Source: Trichodelitschia bisporula
Lineage: Eukaryota
Length of the DNA: 64,000 bases
Reading direction: 5' to 3'
NCBI GenBank assembly: GCA_010356995.1
Contig: ML996690.1
Span: 685,420 to 749,419, forward strand
Shown: positions 59,950-64,000 of the stretch, one piece after another
Layout: each line of letters opens with the position of its first letter
Position numbering within the stretch: position 1 is the stretch's first letter
Made by a program: the position numbers and the translations under genes
Notes under the pieces: generated by a model
Database searches by the model: none
Told to the model about the DNA's origin: nothing
The model's input: only the letters and a program-made list of their open reading frames with translations

Positions 59950-62233
59950 TTTGGATTTTTGGAGTGATTGCGATGGGGTATATTCGTGTCGTTAAGCAGG
60001 GGGTGGAAATCCTCGATTTCGTTCAGGGGCCGGTTTAAATGATTGACAGGTAGTACAGAATGAGTGACTACGAAAAAATATCGTGAAGAGCGAACGTTGA
60101 CAGAGCGTGAATGAGTGAACGCGGTGTCAGATAGGCCCAAGAACAGGAATCGAGGTGGTTTTTGAGGTGAGAGAGAGAAAACCAGCAGAACAAAGGCAGA
60201 AGAAGGGGGATAAAGGGACTAAAAGGGCGGCTGGCGGGCTCAAAGCGGGACCGTGGGCGAGATTCCTTTGGGGGCGGTCATGGCGCCTAGCATGGCGTCG
60301 ACTACGACCAGCCGTCTGGCGCCGCCGCAGAATCCACATCTCGGCCTGCCGAAGCTGGTTGGACCGTCACAAGGATGCAGGCAGGGACGTTGTGTTCCGC
60401 CGACGAGCGGGCTTGTTTGTGGAGACAGGCCGCGCACACGCCAAATTGCGTTGTCCACCGGCTGAACAGGGGGGAGGTGGGGGGGATAGAGGCATTCCGG
60501 GGCGGCATGGCGGGCGGCGGTATCCACAACACGGGACAAGCCTTTTGTTTCGAGATGCTCACGGCCGGCAGGAGCCGGGCGTTTACCGTTCAAGGTCAGT
60601 GACGATGCACTGTCAGGATGGTTGTGTCTGGCGTCAATGCCGGCTTGAAACATCGGAATCAAGGGCCAGTCAATCCTTTGACCTAAAATAGTAGACGAAA
60701 ACGCATCAGCAGCAATTGCGACACAAAGAATGCAGCTTTGTCGCGCTGCAGGAACTGTTCAAACACGCCCACCATCCACTGCATGACGCTGACATGGGCA
60801 GACTGGGCGGACCTCCGAAGCGTTGAAGCGGTGCAGTCGGCGGTTTGATTGAGGTTGCGAGGATGCTTCAGCCAAGAAAGCGCGGCTTTTGCTGACTTTG
60901 CTGGATTCTGCTTGGGCAGTGCATGCGGAGAGATAACAATTGGTTGATTTGCAAGAAGAGGTGGAGGTTGAGGCGCACGCCAGAGAAGCATCACCTTTGC
61001 TTTGTGTGGATCAAAAGTCGACAAAACAGGGGTAGCGCTTGAAAGAACAAGGGGAGCCCGGAGCTTATGGTGAGCCTTGCGCAGGGGCAAGTGTGGCACA
61101 CCAGGGGTAATCTGCATCACGTGACAGCGAAACGGAGATTTGGCGATTGTTTTTGTGGCGGTGCGGAGCCTTGGCCGGATCTTGGTACCGGTTGGCGGTC
61201 GTTGAAGTTGACGCCAAACGGTATGCGTGAAGACGATCGGGTGGCCGGCTTGGGCGCAATGATTCGGAGCTTTGACACAGAAAACTGATCATCGACTTTA
61301 GAGTTAACGACCGCGACAAAAACAATGCGGTACATCCACGCTGAGTCCGACAGCTCCTGCGCTTCTTTGCCGGCTCGGGTCCCTCGACTCCGTTCCAGCA
61401 TCGGAAGACGGCAAGGCTATCCGTCCCTCCCTAGTCAAAGGATCTCGTCCGCTGAGTGTGCCTGATAACTTGCCGTACCTTGTCGCCAAGCGAGGTTGAT
61501 CCCCGTATCATGATCCCAACATCCTCTACTGTCGTTCACGTTGCGGCCAACTCTACGGATGGTGGGTTTTTCCATGTCGTTCGCGGACGTCACCTTCAGA
61601 ATAGCCATTGCAACGATAAACAGTCGGACCATTTCATATGCTTCCGTCCAGATGCAGCAAGTTACATGCAGATCTACCGTCCGTAGCTCGGCCTCAAACC
61701 AATACTCGTGGCCGTAATTGCGCAATGAAGATCAGTCCATCTCCCGAATTGGGAGGCAAATCCTCTACATTAACTGTCACTCCTCTCAAGACGTCCGTTC
61801 ATTCCATGGAAGCTTTTCGCAATCAGAAGATTCTTCGACGGTGCATCGGGAGTATCTAAATACGAAACATCATGGTCTCGGAAGCAAGCAAAAGTCTTTA
61901 GCCTTCCGGATGCACTCCATCCAACGTCCATGCCAAACTTTCATGCTTCATATCGCATTCACCAAAGTGCAGACCAATCCCATGCGCTAGCTTTATCAAC
62001 CGTCCGGCCAAATATCGAAACGCCCGCCAACCAGAACTAGCCCCGCGCCAAGGACAGTCCATCGCAGCCACTAGCGGATGGACGAACGGTCCAGCCCCCG
62101 GATCCGCACACACCTGTTGCGACTCGGCTTTTCCTCATCTCGTGCTCAACTCGTGATGCCTCCTTTCTTCTCCACATACAAGATGCGCTAACGTCCCACA
62201 CCAGGGCGGATCAATTCCCCTTTCCTCGGCAGC

Positions 62234-63407
62234 TCATGCGACGACGGTGATATCGACGTCGTCGTAGTCTTCGACGCCATGCTTTTGCCAGACATGTCGT
62301 ACCAGACCCTTCGCACTCTCCAGCAGCGTGTCCTTGTCACGGAAGCGGTAACATAGCACGCAGGCAAATCCACCATTCTGGCGATGGCACTTGACCACGA
62401 ACCGATTGTTGAGCAGATAGGTCCGTTCCTCGCGCACCTCCTCATCGTAAGCAGGCGTGGATATTCTGTCGCGCACCACCTCTTTGGCCACTTTCCACAC
62501 ACGTCCCGGCCCAAGAGGAAGCACCGCACCGCACTCGAAACACGGACCGCCATGTACCAAGGAGTCGGGGAGTGGCATGCGCGGCAGGCGGATCAGCTCG
62601 CGGCTGTATCGGCAAAAGAGCGGGCCAGTGGTGTCGAGCTCGAAGTTCTCCGTGGTTACGCTTTCCGGAGCCGGGAGTTGGCGCATCGTCGGCACCGACG
62701 AGCTGTGCCGTAATGTCAAGCCGGGCCGTATCGGCTTCGACTGTTGTAGGCGCTGGTACTGCTGTTGCAGCGCGGAGATCGAACCGACGCGTGCGAGTTC
62801 GGAGGCATTATACAATTTCCCGATGTTGTCAAGCCGGCCCGTCTCGAGCGCTTCCTGGAGCATCTTTATGACAGTTCCTTGGAGCATGATAATCTGTCCC
62901 TGCAGCTGATTCTGTGTAATTGCTGCTTTACGTCAGCGTCGTTGGCAACTCTTGTGGTGGAACGTACTGTCGCCTAGGGCAAAGCGCTGGCCGAGCCGCG
63001 CGAAGTACCTGTCATACTCCTGCTGAATCGCCGGGCCACCCCGATGGAGCGACATTTGCAGGTCATCATCTCGCCGCCCGTAGTCTCGTCGATCATCTCG
63101 CCTGTCGTCCCGTCTGTCGTCCCTGTCATCGTCCCGGCGGCCTCCGTTTTTTCCCCGCTCCTCGGCGGCCTTGATCTCAGCCTCAAGCTCCTTGATCTTC
63201 TTGTTCTGGCCCTCATCGAGCTTCTTCTGGCGACGCTGCTGGCCAATACGGTCGTAAAGGTTGACACTGGTAGTAAAGGTTCCGATAATGGTGGATGCGA
63301 GTGTTGCTATAATGAAGGTTTTCTGCCGACGTCAGATCCGGCGCTTCAGCGCGCTAGAGATTGCTTACTTTGAGGTTTTTCTCCTCGATCATATTAGAGT
63401 AGTTCAT
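62234..63407 (-). CDS. Fungal hypothetical protein with DDRR repeats and C-terminal Cys/His motifs
   Basis: Three exons: MNYSNMIEEKNLK|KTFIIATLASTIIGTF...QQEYDRYFARLGQRFALGD|...LQGTVIKML...CFECG...KCH..FACVLC..LVRHVWQKH. Confidence 0.78.
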
Positions 63408-64000
63408 CTTGGCGGTGGGTATGCAAGCACACTTTGATCGAGTGGTAAATCGTGCGAGTGAGTTTGGGCCAGAGCTCGCGATAGCTTCGTGATCTTTGAC
63501 GTGGATCGCGGAGCGAACTCGGCTAGATATTGGGCTGGACGCGGCTGTGTGTACAACTCGGGGGCCAGGCTTCTGGTGGCGGATATGCGGAATGACGTCG
63601 ATTATTCCGGCCCGACGGCGAGGCCTACCCCACCTAGATCGACCACACCTGGCGGGAATATGGCAACTTTATCGGCACAATGGCACTTTACTTTCCCCAT
63701 TCGATTTACCATGGCTATTGAACCTTGATGTTACTCTTAATCATGCTCTTCTCATAAGACTATGGTCCCCTCCAAATTTCACCGTCAGGCTGGAAGAACT
63801 GGCCATGTAAGTGAATCTTCTGAAATGCCCAAAATCATACCTAAATCGCGCGAGCACTTCCCTATCTCGCCCAACATTCCAGCATCTTCCCTGCCAACCG
63901 TTCATTAACCATACCGCTACGTAGCATTAATTACCGCAACATGCAGCGTCCGACCCTACGACGTCATCATTCAGCTGACTTCATGATACCTAAAGACCTA

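Noticed and set aside
60100..62200. Many short overlapping ORFs
   Set aside because: No motifs or consistent splice model; most likely regulatory or intergenic DNA.

Overview
Gene-dense eukaryotic DNA from a filamentous ascomycete (Pezizomycotina; probably Dothideomycetes, which is inference). Introns are short GT-AG introns of about 41-80 nt with CTRAC-like branch sites. I can support about 23 protein-coding loci. They include an inositol polyphosphate 5-phosphatase, a GFA-domain protein, a GT34-like glycosyltransferase, ceramide glucosyltransferase, CAF-1 large subunit, SPO11, JIP5, a LYR-motif protein, an amino acid permease, an arylsulfatase, an MFS transporter, PWP2, septin CDC12 and an Asp f 4-like secreted protein. 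There is also an intron-containing tRNA-Lys(CTT) and a U1 snRNA gene. Most notable: (1) one ~1650-aa gene joining a chromodomain, an HDA2/3-like domain, a coiled coil, C2H2 zinc fingers and an AT-hook, with a long structured first intron; (2) an obligatory 2-nt microexon in the arylsulfatase; (3) a tandem pair of stand-alone HET-E-like WD40 genes, one broken by two stops; (4) a membrane-anchored aspartic protease homolog lacking both catalytic motifs. All family calls come from motif recognition by eye; no database searches were run.
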